Assembly: GCA_964614095.1 (NCBI GenBank)
Contig: CAZTJO010000001.1
Location: forward strand, 68,574-132,573
Reading direction: 5' to 3'
DNA length: 64,000 nucleotides
DNA from: an uncultured Acidimicrobiia bacterium
Lineage (GTDB): Bacteria > Actinomycetota > Acidimicrobiia > Spongiisociales > UBA11373
The notes under the pieces were generated by a model that saw only the letters and a program-made list of their open reading frames with translations, ran no database searches and was not told the DNA's origin. Position 1 is the stretch's first letter, and each line of letters starts with the position of its first letter. Shown here one piece after another: positions 51,460 to 63,637 of the stretch. Made by a program: the position numbers and the translations under genes.

Positions 51460-52545
51460 CTACTCGATGACCAGCTCCGGGGGCCGGCGCACCCGGGGCC
51501 GGGATTCCACAATTCGAGCGGCGATGGTATCGAACACCTGCGCCGCCTCCGAGTCGGGCGCCGTCATCACAGCCGGCTCGCCGCGGTCTGCACCCTCGCG
51601 GAGCGCGGGCACAAGCGGTATCTGACCGAGCAGCGGCACACCAAGCTCATTGGCCAGTGCCGCCCCGCCGCCCGAGCCGAACAGCTCGTAGCGGACACCA
51701 TCGTCCCCGGTGAACCAAGACATGTTCTCGACTACCCCGGTGACCTCCTGCTCCACCTGCCGCGCCATAAGGGCGGCCCGCCTCGCCACTTGCTGTGCCG
51801 TCGGCTGCGGCGTGGTGACGATGACCACTTCCGCGGAGGGCAGGAACTGCGCCAGTGAGATGGCGATATCTCCGGTGCCCGGGGGAAGGTCAACAAGCAG
51901 GAAATCGGGCTCGTCCCAGAAGACATCGTCGAGGAATTGCTCCAGAGCCTTGTGGAGCAACGGGCCTCTCCAGATGACCGCCTGGTCCGGACCAACAAAA
52001 AAGCCCATCGAGATAACCCTGACCCCGTGGGCCCGGGCCGGCACGATCAATCCCTGCTCCTCCCCGCCCAGAGCCGCTGGTGAACCGTCCACTCCTAGCA
52101 TGCGCGGTACCGAGAACCCCCAAACATCGGCGTCGACAACGGCGACGTCGTGCCCGGCTTTGGCCATAGAGACCGCCAGGTTCACCGTCACCGACGATTT
52201 GCCCACTCCCCCTTTGCCCGATGCAACGGTGAGGACCCTGGTGGATGATCCTTTGCCACCTGGCCGGTTCGGCCGACCACTGCGGAGCTTCTCCACGAGT
52301 TCCGACTGCTCGTCCATGCCCATCTGTACGACGTCTATGGCCGCCTCGGCGCCTTTGGAGACGGCGGTGCGAACGGCACGAATCATCGGCTCGGGATCGA
52401 TGCCCGGCGACGCGACGGAGATTCTTTGCGTGCCATCTGCGGCTACCTCGACAGAGCGGATGAGACCCAGCTCGCCAAGTGTGCGGCGCAGATCGGGGTG
52501 CGGCAAAGCCTCCAAGACGGCGAGGATGGCAGCTTGATCGGCCAC
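51460..52545 (-). CDS. apbC: Mrp/ApbC family Fe-S cluster carrier ATPase
   Basis: N-terminal DUF59-like domain, deviant Walker A VASGKGGVGKSSVTVNLA, CxxC region. Confidence 0.85.
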   Translation of the reverse strand: MADQAAILAVLEALPHPDLRRTLGELGLIRSVEVAADGTQRISVASPGIDPEPMIRAVRTAVSKGAEAAIDVVQMGMDEQSELVEKLRSGRPNRPGGKGSSTRVLTVASGKGGVGKSSVTVNLAVSMAKAGHDVAVVDADVWGFSVPRMLGVDGSPAALGGEEQGLIVPARAHGVRVISMGFFVGPDQAVIWRGPLLHKALEQFLDDVFWDEPDFLLVDLPPGTGDIAISLAQFLPSAEVVIVTTPQPTAQQVARRAALMARQVEQEVTGVVENMSWFTGDDGVRYELFGSGGGAALANELGVPLLGQIPLVPALREGADRGEPAVMTAPDSEAAQVFDTIAARIVESRPRVRRPPELVIE

Positions 52546-52609
52546 GAAGCTCCTTAAGAGGGCGGGATTCGGACTATAGCGACGCAGGTCGCTCTACCCT
52601 CCCGGCGGT

Positions 52610-53299
52610 ATGGAGCAGCACGATTTCGGGCAGACGCTCGGCGACCTTGCCTCCACGCTCGGCGACGGTACCCGGCGCGGCATCTACATAACCGTGCGCG
52701 AATCGGCCCAGCCCATGACCGCGGCCCACATCGCCAAGGCATTCGACATTCACCCGAACGTGGCTCGCCACCACCTCGACCGCCTGGCGGAGGATGGGTA
52801 CCTCCAGGCAGAAACCTCACAGCCGCCCGGTGATCAGCCGCGCAAGGTGGGACGCCCGGCCAAGGGGTACACCGCCACCAGAAAGGAGATCAGCGTCGCC
52901 TACCCGATTCGCCGCTACGACCTCCTTTCCGAGCTTCTCGTGCAGGTGGTCGAGCGCCTCTCCCCAGAGCGTGCCCCCCAAGTGGCCGAGGATGTCGGCC
53001 GCAAGTACGGCCGTGAGGTCGCTGCTGCCGTAGGTATGCCCGGTGACAACGGCTACTCCGACACCATGGGCGCGGTGGTGCGGGCCCTCACCGGAATCGG
53101 AGCCGGCGTCAAAGACATTGAGGGCCGCCTGGTGACAAGGGACTGTCCTTTCCACCAGACGGCCGCCGATCACCCCGAGATCGTGTGCCGCCTCGACCAG
53201 GGCATCATCAAGGGCCTGCTCGACGCGGTGGACGCTGCCGACGGCGCCGTCTTCAACCCCCGCAGCGGACCCGACGACAGCTGCGTCACCGAGATCTAG
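52610..53299 (+). CDS. Winged-helix (ArsR/DeoR-like) transcriptional regulator with C-terminal Cys motif (SufR-like; possible Fe-S/redox sensor)
   Basis: N-terminal HTH (GIYITVRESAQPMTAAHIAKAFDIHPNVARHHLDRLAEDGYL). C-terminal Cys at DCPFHQ...EIVC...DDSC. Family call is tentative. Confidence 0.45.
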   Translation: MEQHDFGQTLGDLASTLGDGTRRGIYITVRESAQPMTAAHIAKAFDIHPNVARHHLDRLAEDGYLQAETSQPPGDQPRKVGRPAKGYTATRKEISVAYPIRRYDLLSELLVQVVERLSPERAPQVAEDVGRKYGREVAAAVGMPGDNGYSDTMGAVVRALTGIGAGVKDIEGRLVTRDCPFHQTAADHPEIVCRLDQGIIKGLLDAVDAADGAVFNPRSGPDDSCVTEI

Positions 53300-53368
53300 C
53301 CCTCCCGCCGGCATGCTGGTGGCTCTCCGGCGCCGGTATGCTCCAGCCCGGCCTCCAGGAGCCCTCAC

Positions 53369-56056
<2,688 letters not shown>

Positions 56057-56094
56057 AAGGCGAACAGGGACGGCCCACTGATACCGTTCCGCCG

Positions 56095-56703
56095 ATGAAC
56101 GACGAGAAGAGGCACGACCACACCTGCCTCTGGTTTCTCCTGGCGGCAGCCCTGCTGCTGGTCGTGATCGTCACTGTGGTGATTGTGCTCAGCGTCGGCC
56201 ACGACACGACGACGACAGCAACCACCGATCCGGATTCCGGAAGCGCCACGACGCAGGGTGCTCCTCCTGAGCCGGACCCTGAAGTTGCCCTGGCCCCCGA
56301 CTTCAGCGTCACCCTCTTCGACGGCACCGAGTTCAGCCTGAACAAGCATCTAGCCGACGACGGCCGCCCCGTGCTACTGAATCTGTGGGCATCGTGGTGC
56401 GATCCCTGCAGGGACGAGATGCCGGACATCGACTCTGCAGCCGGTGAGCATCCAAACGTGTTCTTCCTGGGAATCGCCGTCGACGACACGAGAGAGGCGG
56501 CTCGGGCGTTTGCCGAGACGATCGGTGTGATGTACCCCCTGGGCGCGGATGATTCCGGCGAAGTAGGTGACGCCTACCCGATACTCGGGCTGCCCGTCAC
56601 TTTCCTCATCGACGGCGACGGCACCATCGCCGTCGTGGCGTATGGCCAGCTCTCCGCGGATCGGATTGAAGAGCTGCTCTCAACCGTGGGAGACAGATCC
56701 TAG
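56095..56703 (+). CDS. TlpA/ResA-like thiol-disulfide oxidoreductase (membrane-anchored redoxin)
   Basis: N-terminal transmembrane segment, thioredoxin fold with WASWCDPCRDE (CxxC). Confidence 0.75.
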   Translation: MNDEKRHDHTCLWFLLAAALLLVVIVTVVIVLSVGHDTTTTATTDPDSGSATTQGAPPEPDPEVALAPDFSVTLFDGTEFSLNKHLADDGRPVLLNLWASWCDPCRDEMPDIDSAAGEHPNVFFLGIAVDDTREAARAFAETIGVMYPLGADDSGEVGDAYPILGLPVTFLIDGDGTIAVVAYGQLSADRIEELLSTVGDRS

Positions 56704-58502
56704 AACGGCCAGAACACCGGAGTCAGCGCCACCAGACCACCCACCGTGATGATGGTCAGCGGCAGGCCGAGTCGTGCGTAATCGGAGAACTTGTAGCCGC
56801 CGGGCCCCCACACCATCGTGTTGGTCTGGTACCCGATAGGAGTGAGGAACGATGCCGATGCCGACAAGGCGACGGCCACAATGAAGCCACGCGGCTCGAC
56901 CCCGAGCCCGGCAGCAGCCGCCACCGCGATGGGAAACATGAGGATGGCGGCAGCATTGTTGGTGATCAGCTCCGTCAGCAAGATCGTGGCGAGCACGAGG
57001 CCCAAAAGCACCCCGCGCTCGTTGAGGGGGGCAAACCCATCCACGATGATCTCGGCGATCTTGTCGGCGAGGCCGTGTTTGGCCACAGCCTCGCCGATGC
57101 CGAACGCCGATCCGATCACCAGCAGCACGTTCAGGTCGATGGCGTTGCGCACCTCCCCCGCAGTAAGCGTTCCGGTGAGAAAGATGGCAAGGGCTCCCAC
57201 CAGCGAAGCTTCGAGGATGCCGACGAGCCCCGAAGCCGCCGCCACAACAACGCCGAGTGTGATGAGCCCGGCGAACATCGCTTTCTCGGAACGGGCCGGC
57301 TCCACTCCACTCAGGCGGGACACCACGAGGAAATCGCTGCGGTCCCTCCAGCGCGGCAGAAAGCTGGAACCGGCCAGCAGCAGCAGCGTGTCACCGACCC
57401 GAAGCCGTACCTCGCCGAGCTTGCCCTCCACCCGCTGTCCTGCCCGGTGGATGGCCACCACCGCAGCCTGGTAGCGGGCCCGGAAACCAACGTCCCGAAG
57501 CGATCGCCCCACCAGTGGCGATGCCGACCCCACCACCGCCTCAAAGAAGACGAGACGTGCCGTATCGAAACCCTCCATGTCCCCGGCCTCGGCAGTAAGT
57601 CCTTTTGTGTTGTGGAGGTCGGCCACGTCGTCGGCCTTGCCGACAAACCGGAGGCGATCTCCGCCGTGCAGCTCGACACTCGGCGACACCGGCGCGATCA
57701 CTTGGCCTCCACGGTCGATCTGCACCAGGAAGAGGCCGGAGAGATGACGCAAGCCACCATCGCGTACGGTGGCGCCGTCGATTGACCCCCCAGGCACCAC
57801 CGTCATGTCGACAACAAACTCGCGGATATCGCTTTCGAGATCGCGTCGTGCCGGCCGTCGTATCGGAAGCATGATCGGGGCCAGCACCAGGAGAACGGCG
57901 AGCCCGGCCAGGGCGATGGGAAGGCCGGCCTTCCCTATCTCGAAGAACCCGAGTGCATCCCTGCCCGTCTCCTCCAGCAGTCCGGAGATCACCACGTTTG
58001 TCGAAGTGCCGATGACGGTGACCATGCCGCCCAGGATCGCGGCAAAAGACAACGGCATGAGGAACCCGGAGACCGAGCGCCGATTCCTGTCGGCCCAACG
58101 CGACACCGCAGGCACGAGGGTGGCGACGATCGGCGTGTTATTGAGGAATGCGGAAGTCGCCGCCGAGGGCAAGGCCACACGAGCCAGAGCGGCCCGTTCG
58201 CCGAGGGGCTTGCCCAGCACTCGATCCAGCAGAGGTCCCAACAAGCCGGTTCGCTCCACGGCCGCAGCGACGACGTAGAGGGCGGCAACGGTGATGGGAG
58301 CCGGATTGCTGAAGCCGGAGAATGCCTCCGCCGGCTCGAGTACTCCGGACACAAGCAGCACCACGGTCGCGCCAAAGATGAGCACCGACGGCGCGGTGAT
58401 CTCGCGCGCCACGGCCACGATGGTGAGCACAACCACGCCGAGGGTGAACCAGGCTTCCCAGGTCACGAACCACCCCCCAACCTTGAGGGCCCAGGAGCAC
58501 AT
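56700..58502 (-). CDS. DASS/SLC13 (CitT/ArsB-like) family anion transporter with central TrkA-C domains
   Basis: 600 aa, N- and C-terminal polytopic repeats with two cytoplasmic TrkA_C-like beta-rich domains between them. Confidence 0.65.
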   Translation of the reverse strand: MCSWALKVGGWFVTWEAWFTLGVVVLTIVAVAREITAPSVLIFGATVVLLVSGVLEPAEAFSGFSNPAPITVAALYVVAAAVERTGLLGPLLDRVLGKPLGERAALARVALPSAATSAFLNNTPIVATLVPAVSRWADRNRRSVSGFLMPLSFAAILGGMVTVIGTSTNVVISGLLEETGRDALGFFEIGKAGLPIALAGLAVLLVLAPIMLPIRRPARRDLESDIREFVVDMTVVPGGSIDGATVRDGGLRHLSGLFLVQIDRGGQVIAPVSPSVELHGGDRLRFVGKADDVADLHNTKGLTAEAGDMEGFDTARLVFFEAVVGSASPLVGRSLRDVGFRARYQAAVVAIHRAGQRVEGKLGEVRLRVGDTLLLLAGSSFLPRWRDRSDFLVVSRLSGVEPARSEKAMFAGLITLGVVVAAASGLVGILEASLVGALAIFLTGTLTAGEVRNAIDLNVLLVIGSAFGIGEAVAKHGLADKIAEIIVDGFAPLNERGVLLGLVLATILLTELITNNAAAILMFPIAVAAAAGLGVEPRGFIVAVALSASASFLTPIGYQTNTMVWGPGGYKFSDYARLGLPLTIITVGGLVALTPVFWPF

Positions 58503-58600
58503 TCGGCCAACATTTGCTCCCTAGAGGTTCGGGGCGGCATATCGGTAGCCCGGCACGGCACGGATCTCCCGGCTTGGTCCGGCGAGCATACCGGTCCAGG

Positions 58601-59797
58601 CTAGGTGCCTGCTACGCCGCGCCGCTGCAACACGCGGCGCAGCGCGGCCACGATCACCGGGTCGTAGTCGTAGGCGGCCCCACGATGAAGAACCTCGAGC
58701 GCATCCACGGGCTCCATGCCCTCGGAGATGGCGAGGTCGTAAGCCGCCGTCACCCTCACCACCTGTGCCGCAACGGGCAGATCCTCGTCACGAACTTCCC
58801 CCGGGCGACGGTAGCCCCGGTGCGTCTCGCTCACGATCGACGCCACCGGCTCCAGATACGGCGCCTCGGCGATGATGGCCGAGCTCCACTGCGCCACATC
58901 ACGGTCGGTGTGCCCGCCGCCCGCCACAGCCGGGTCGGCCAGAACAACCCGCCCAATGTCATGCAGGTGAGCGGCAAACTCGATGCGCTCCGTGGCGCCG
59001 CGGCTCAACCCAAGCTCACCGGCCACCGCGACCGCGCCGTCGGCCACGCGAGCTCCATGGCCCGGCGGAGTCAGCCCGGCGGCCTCGGGAATCCTGCCCA
59101 AGGTCCGGATGGTCTGCCGATACGTCTCCTCCGTTGCCGCCAGGCGGCGCAGCGAGACGTGGGCAAACCCGTAGGGCACCGTCGCCAGAAGCAGGGCCCA
59201 CCACCCCACGTCCGGCTCGGTGACACCATAGATCGCTCCCGAAGCCAGCAGCACAAAGTGGGCCGGCCAGTCGGCCAGCCCCGAAAAGAACACCAGCCTT
59301 CGGGTCAGGCGCTGATGTGTGCCCGACAAAAGCGCCCGCACGAACACCGACATCAGGTACCAGGCGACGCTCGCCGCCACCACTATCGAGAGGTGCGGCC
59401 ATCCGGCACCGTGAGAGTGCGGCATCCACTCGTGTATGCCGCCAGCCACCGCAATGAACACGCCCAGCCCGGCGAGCTGGGCGGGAAGCAGGTCGTCTGC
59501 TGAACGAATGCCGTGGCGAATGCGGATGAACAACCAGCCTGCGGGAATTCCGATTGCACCGGCGCAAGCGAGCGTCGCCATAGAGAAACGCAGTGTCAAG
59601 GTCGCCGCCACCGCCACTGCAGAACTCAGCGGCTGCACCCTCGTCACCCGGCTCGGCATAGCGGCGGCATGACCCGCCAGAAAAGCAGCTCCAACGGCAA
59701 GAACCGCCAACAGGTCGCCCCACAGTGCCGCCGCAACCAATCCCGCCGCGGGCAATCCCGCCAGCAGAGTCACCCGAAGAAGAGTCCAGCTAGGCAC
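58601..59797 (-). CDS. Membrane-anchored HD-domain protein (HD-GYP-like phosphohydrolase, divergent motifs)
   Basis: About 6 N-terminal transmembrane segments, then a cytoplasmic HD domain (AAHLHDIGRVVL; HRG...YD). Paralogous to the next gene. Confidence 0.55.
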   Translation of the reverse strand: MPSWTLLRVTLLAGLPAAGLVAAALWGDLLAVLAVGAAFLAGHAAAMPSRVTRVQPLSSAVAVAATLTLRFSMATLACAGAIGIPAGWLFIRIRHGIRSADDLLPAQLAGLGVFIAVAGGIHEWMPHSHGAGWPHLSIVVAASVAWYLMSVFVRALLSGTHQRLTRRLVFFSGLADWPAHFVLLASGAIYGVTEPDVGWWALLLATVPYGFAHVSLRRLAATEETYRQTIRTLGRIPEAAGLTPPGHGARVADGAVAVAGELGLSRGATERIEFAAHLHDIGRVVLADPAVAGGGHTDRDVAQWSSAIIAEAPYLEPVASIVSETHRGYRRPGEVRDEDLPVAAQVVRVTAAYDLAISEGMEPVDALEVLHRGAAYDYDPVIVAALRRVLQRRGVAGT

Positions 59798-61085
59798 GCA
59801 TTGCCCTATCTCTCACCAGCCGTTCCACTTCGGCGGCGGTGGCCTCGTCGGGGGACCCGTAGACCTCACCGCGCCCGGTAATGGCCCCGATGAGAGCTTC
59901 CACGACCTCGGACCCAAACTCATCCGCATGCTGCCGCAGCTCGTCGAAGGCCTCAGCCTGGGTGACTGCAGCCCGGTACGAACGGGCCGTCGTCAGCGTG
60001 TCGAATCGGTCGGCGGCGGCAAACAGCCTCTCCTCGAGTGAACCGTCGGGACGCTCCGCCAGCGTACGGCTTCCGGTGACGATCTCGACCATGGGGGCCA
60101 GGAACTGCACGTCGGAGAGCAGCTCCTCCACCACTCTCATATGGCGCTCGACCCGGGCATTCTCATCTGCGGTGAGCCGCGATTCGGTGTGCAGCAGCGA
60201 AGGGGGGACCGCCACCCTTCCCATGCCGTGAATGAGAGCCGCCCACCGCAGCCGCTGCACGGTCTCTGGGGCAAGATCGAGTTCGGCAGCGCTGATGTCT
60301 ATGAAGTAGGCTACCCGCTCACTGTGGCCCCGGGTATAGGGATCGAGCGCCTCCACCGCCTTCACCACACCACGAATCGTCGCCTCGTGCGCTTCCCTCA
60401 GCTGGGCGTAGCTGGCGAAGGCGATCTGCCCGACACCAAAGGCGAACACCCCAATCGGAAGGATCACCGGGCCGACGATCAGATAGGCCACACCAAGACC
60501 GGCCCCCAGCACGGCAAGCACGGAAAGGGCAAGATGATTGGGCAGTAGCTGCGTCCACGGCCGTACCTCGCGCTCCGGGTACAGGACACTGGTAGCGATG
60601 GCAACGATACGAAAACTCAGCCAGTCGTAGACGATGGCGGCTAGGGCGGCACCGGCGATGATCAGCGGCAGGTCGCCGCGTGTGGTCTCGCCGACCGGCA
60701 GGAAAAGCGAGAAGACGGCAATGGCAAGTGTCATCGACACCACAAACTGCCCGAAGTTGGCCAAGGCCAGAGCCCATTGCCGCCGCTTCAGATCCTGAGG
60801 ATGCAGGATCGAGGGCACAACCATGAGCACCGCGGCGAGAACGGCGCTCTCCCGCCCAAAGACAACCGCGCCGGCAAACACAACCATGACCGCCGAAGAC
60901 ACAAGAAGGCGGTCGTTGACCTCCACGGCGGAGTAGTCGAGGGCAACAAAAAAGACGGCAAATAGGGACCACAGCCAAAACGGTTCGGGAAGGTCCTGAA
61001 CCAGGAAGAGTCCGACGAGCGCGCAAACACCGGCGCCGGCAAAGCCGACCCCTAGCACAGTCCGACGTTGTGCTCTTGTCTCCAT
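59790..61085 (-). CDS. Membrane-anchored HD-domain protein (HD-GYP-like, degenerate HD to HG) paralog
   Basis: Polytopic N-terminus. LDPYTRGHSERVAYFIDISAAELDL (HD-GYP-type first motif) but AALIHGMGRV where HDIGK is expected. Confidence 0.55.
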   Translation of the reverse strand: METRAQRRTVLGVGFAGAGVCALVGLFLVQDLPEPFWLWSLFAVFFVALDYSAVEVNDRLLVSSAVMVVFAGAVVFGRESAVLAAVLMVVPSILHPQDLKRRQWALALANFGQFVVSMTLAIAVFSLFLPVGETTRGDLPLIIAGAALAAIVYDWLSFRIVAIATSVLYPEREVRPWTQLLPNHLALSVLAVLGAGLGVAYLIVGPVILPIGVFAFGVGQIAFASYAQLREAHEATIRGVVKAVEALDPYTRGHSERVAYFIDISAAELDLAPETVQRLRWAALIHGMGRVAVPPSLLHTESRLTADENARVERHMRVVEELLSDVQFLAPMVEIVTGSRTLAERPDGSLEERLFAAADRFDTLTTARSYRAAVTQAEAFDELRQHADEFGSEVVEALIGAITGRGEVYGSPDEATAAEVERLVRDRAMRA

Positions 61086-61511
61086 ATGGGCAGCGGGCGC
61101 CCGGGTCGGGCGTCTATCCGATTCTCCAGCAGTCCATGCGGAGAACGACAGGCGCCCCGGGTCTCGCTTTTCCTGCAGATGCGACCATCCGGCTCACCTA
61201 CCGCTTCCCTTCCAACGGATTCGACGCCGGCGCTAATCCGGCGCCATTCTTCCGCTCCGCTGAGTCGAAGGTTGGCCGTACTGTGACCCGGGCGGCCCCT
61301 TCCAGGAGTTCACCCGCGCATGTGCTTCTTCGGCACGTTGCGCGTCGGTCTTCACCGATGCGCGACCTCCCGGTGCTACCCAATCGACACGGGGTCGACT
61401 GGCAAAGAGTACCTGGTTCTGTCGCTACGTGCCGGGCGAAGTTGGCTGTGTGACAGATCGTTGCCACCCCGGCTACGCTATGTGGCGGGCACCTCACGGT
61501 GGAGGCGGAGC

Positions 61512-62129
61512 ATGGATTACCGCGAGCTAGAGGAGACACTGACTCGTCTCCCCTCGGTGAACGCGGTTCGTGTCAGCGGCGACCGCTCCCGGGTACGCGA
61601 AGTGCATGTTCTCGCTGCTCCCGACAAAGCGGCCAAACAGGTGGTCCGCGACGTGCAGACCCTGGCCCTGGCCCGCTTCGGCATCGACCTCGATCGGCGG
61701 GTTATCTCGGTGGTGCAGATTGGACCCGACCTCATACGGGCCGAAGAAGACCGCCCCGCCATCATCGGTGTTCACGAGATACCCGAAGGCACCCGTACCA
61801 CTGTGGCGGTCACCCTGCGCTGGCACAACGAAGAGTACGTGGGAACGGCATCCGGGCCGGCGGCCCCGTCGGCCCGGCTCCGCCTGGTGGGTGAGGCTGC
61901 ACTTCGCGCCAGCGAGGCCATCATCGCCGGCGATCCCCTCGCCCTCGACGCAATAGGGGCTCCCGGCGTCGGCATGCGCACGGTGATCATCGCCGTGGTG
62001 GTGAGCACGGGAACCCGCGGCGAAGAAGTCGCCGTCGGCTCGGCCCTCAGCACCGGCGATGACAGCGAGGCCACAGTGCGCGCCGTGCTCGATGCAGTAA
62101 ACCGGCGCATCCACCGCCCCGACGGCTAA
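61512..62129 (+). CDS. Asp23/Gls24-like (DUF322-type) hypothetical protein
   Basis: LPSVNAVRVSGDRSRVREVHVLAAPDKAAKQVVRDVQTLALARFGIDLDRRVISVVQIG resembles the Asp23 family. GGAGG Shine-Dalgarno 6 nt upstream of the ATG at 61512. Track ORF 61320 extension rejected. Confidence 0.45.
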   Translation: MDYRELEETLTRLPSVNAVRVSGDRSRVREVHVLAAPDKAAKQVVRDVQTLALARFGIDLDRRVISVVQIGPDLIRAEEDRPAIIGVHEIPEGTRTTVAVTLRWHNEEYVGTASGPAAPSARLRLVGEAALRASEAIIAGDPLALDAIGAPGVGMRTVIIAVVVSTGTRGEEVAVGSALSTGDDSEATVRAVLDAVNRRIHRPDG

Positions 62130-62168
62130 CAACGGGGACCCGGCAGTACAATCGGCGCTGGAGGACAC

Positions 62169-62525
62169 GTGAAACGTTCATCTCTCGCAGGCATCCTTAC
62201 CGTCGCCGCCGCCGCCGTAGCCATCTGGGTGCTCAAGGATCGCCTTGCCGCCCCCAAACCCGTTGGTTCCGTCGAACCAGTGAGAGTCCCGCCTGCGCCG
62301 CCGCCACGGCCCAGGGCAAAAACGGCGGCCGCCGAACCGCCGGACGACCTGACCGTCGTCAAGGGCATCGGCCCCGTATACCGGGCTCGGCTCGCTGCCG
62401 CCGGAATCACCAGCTTCGGCGCTCTGGCCACTGCCGACGCGGCGGACGTTGCCACAGCTGCCGAGGTCCCTGAGGTACGCGCCCGCGATTGGATCACCCA
62501 GGCAGGCGGCCTGGCCGGGCACTGA
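62169..62525 (+). CDS. Small membrane-anchored protein with C-terminal helix-hairpin-helix motif
   Basis: N-terminal transmembrane segment (LAGILTVAAAAVAIWVL), Pro-rich linker, HhH-like LTVVKGIGPVYRARLAAAGITSFGALA. GTG start with GGAGG Shine-Dalgarno. Confidence 0.5.
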   Translation: MKRSSLAGILTVAAAAVAIWVLKDRLAAPKPVGSVEPVRVPPAPPPRPRAKTAAAEPPDDLTVVKGIGPVYRARLAAAGITSFGALATADAADVATAAEVPEVRARDWITQAGGLAGH

Positions 62526-63607
62526 AAATCCCGTTGCCGTATCTGACGCCGCCTGAGGATCTGGCGTCGCTGCTGCCGGGAGAGCCGCCCTTTCGGGTCC
62601 GCCAGTTGCGTGCCTGGCTCTATCAAACCCCGGTTCTCCACGCCGCCGGCATGACGAATCTGCCCGCGACGCTGCGGGACCACATCGAGCCCACGTTGTG
62701 GCCGTTTGCCGTCGAGGAGGAGCAGATCGCCGACCGCGGCAAGACGGTCAAGTGGCTGTTTCGATCCGGTGATGGTGCCACCATCGAGGCCGTGCTGATC
62801 GACTACCCCTCCCGGACGACCCTTTGCATCTCCTCGCAGGCAGGGTGCGCCATGTCGTGCGCGTTCTGCGCAACCGGCCAGTTCGGCTTCGAGCGCCACC
62901 TCAGTGCAGGTGAGATCACCGCCCAAGTGGCCTACGCCTCAGCATGGCTGCGCAGTGTCGGCCTGCCGAGATGTCCCGACCGTCTATCCAACGTGGTGTT
63001 TATGGGCATGGGTGAGCCCCTGGCCAACTATGACTCGGTGCGAGAGGCCATCCGCCGTTTCACCGTGGAGATGGGCATCTCGGCCCGGTCGATCACGGTG
63101 TCCACCGTGGGCGTCATTCCCGGAATGCTGCGCCTTGCCGAGGAGCCCTGGCCCCTGACTCTGGCCCTCAGCCTCCACGCCGCCGACGATGACCTGCGCA
63201 GCCGTCTCGTCCCCCTGAATCGGCGCTACCCAATCGCCGATTTGGTGGCTGCAGCCACCGCTTTCCACCAAAGCAAGAGACGGAGGGTGTCGCTGGAATG
63301 GGCGTTGATCGCAGGCGTCAACGACACCCGAGAGCAGGCCCGAGGTCTGGCCGCAATTGCAGCCGAGCTGCGCGCCCACGTGAACGTCATACCACTCAAC
63401 CCCACTCCACTTTCCCCGCTGCGGGCGCCGTCGATGCCCGCCGCCCGCTCTTTTGTTGCCCAAGTCCGGGCCGCCGGAGCCAACGTCACTCTGCGCCACA
63501 CCCGCGGCCAGAACATCGACGCTGCCTGCGGACAGCTGCGAGCCCGCAAGGCAGAGGACGCGGCGGGTGATTCCACCAACCGCGGCACAGTGCACGGTCG
63601 CCGGTAA
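62489..63607 (+). CDS. rlmN: 23S rRNA/tRNA (adenine-C2)-methyltransferase RlmN (radical SAM)
   Basis: CISSQAGCAMSCAFCATGQ (radical-SAM CxxxCxxC), GMGEPLANYD, C-terminal Cys. Start uncertain (TTG at 62489 overlaps the upstream gene). Confidence 0.85.
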   Translation: MDHPGRRPGRALKIPLPYLTPPEDLASLLPGEPPFRVRQLRAWLYQTPVLHAAGMTNLPATLRDHIEPTLWPFAVEEEQIADRGKTVKWLFRSGDGATIEAVLIDYPSRTTLCISSQAGCAMSCAFCATGQFGFERHLSAGEITAQVAYASAWLRSVGLPRCPDRLSNVVFMGMGEPLANYDSVREAIRRFTVEMGISARSITVSTVGVIPGMLRLAEEPWPLTLALSLHAADDDLRSRLVPLNRRYPIADLVAAATAFHQSKRRRVSLEWALIAGVNDTREQARGLAAIAAELRAHVNVIPLNPTPLSPLRAPSMPAARSFVAQVRAAGANVTLRHTRGQNIDAACGQLRARKAEDAAGDSTNRGTVHGRR

Positions 63608-63637
63608 TCTCCCCAGCCGCATCTCTGGAGAGGGACA

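Noticed and set aside
61070-61453. 127-aa + strand ORF in the long intergenic region before the Asp23-like gene
   Set aside because: No RBS. Overlaps the 3' end of the upstream HD-domain gene. Composition atypical; treated as non-coding leader.
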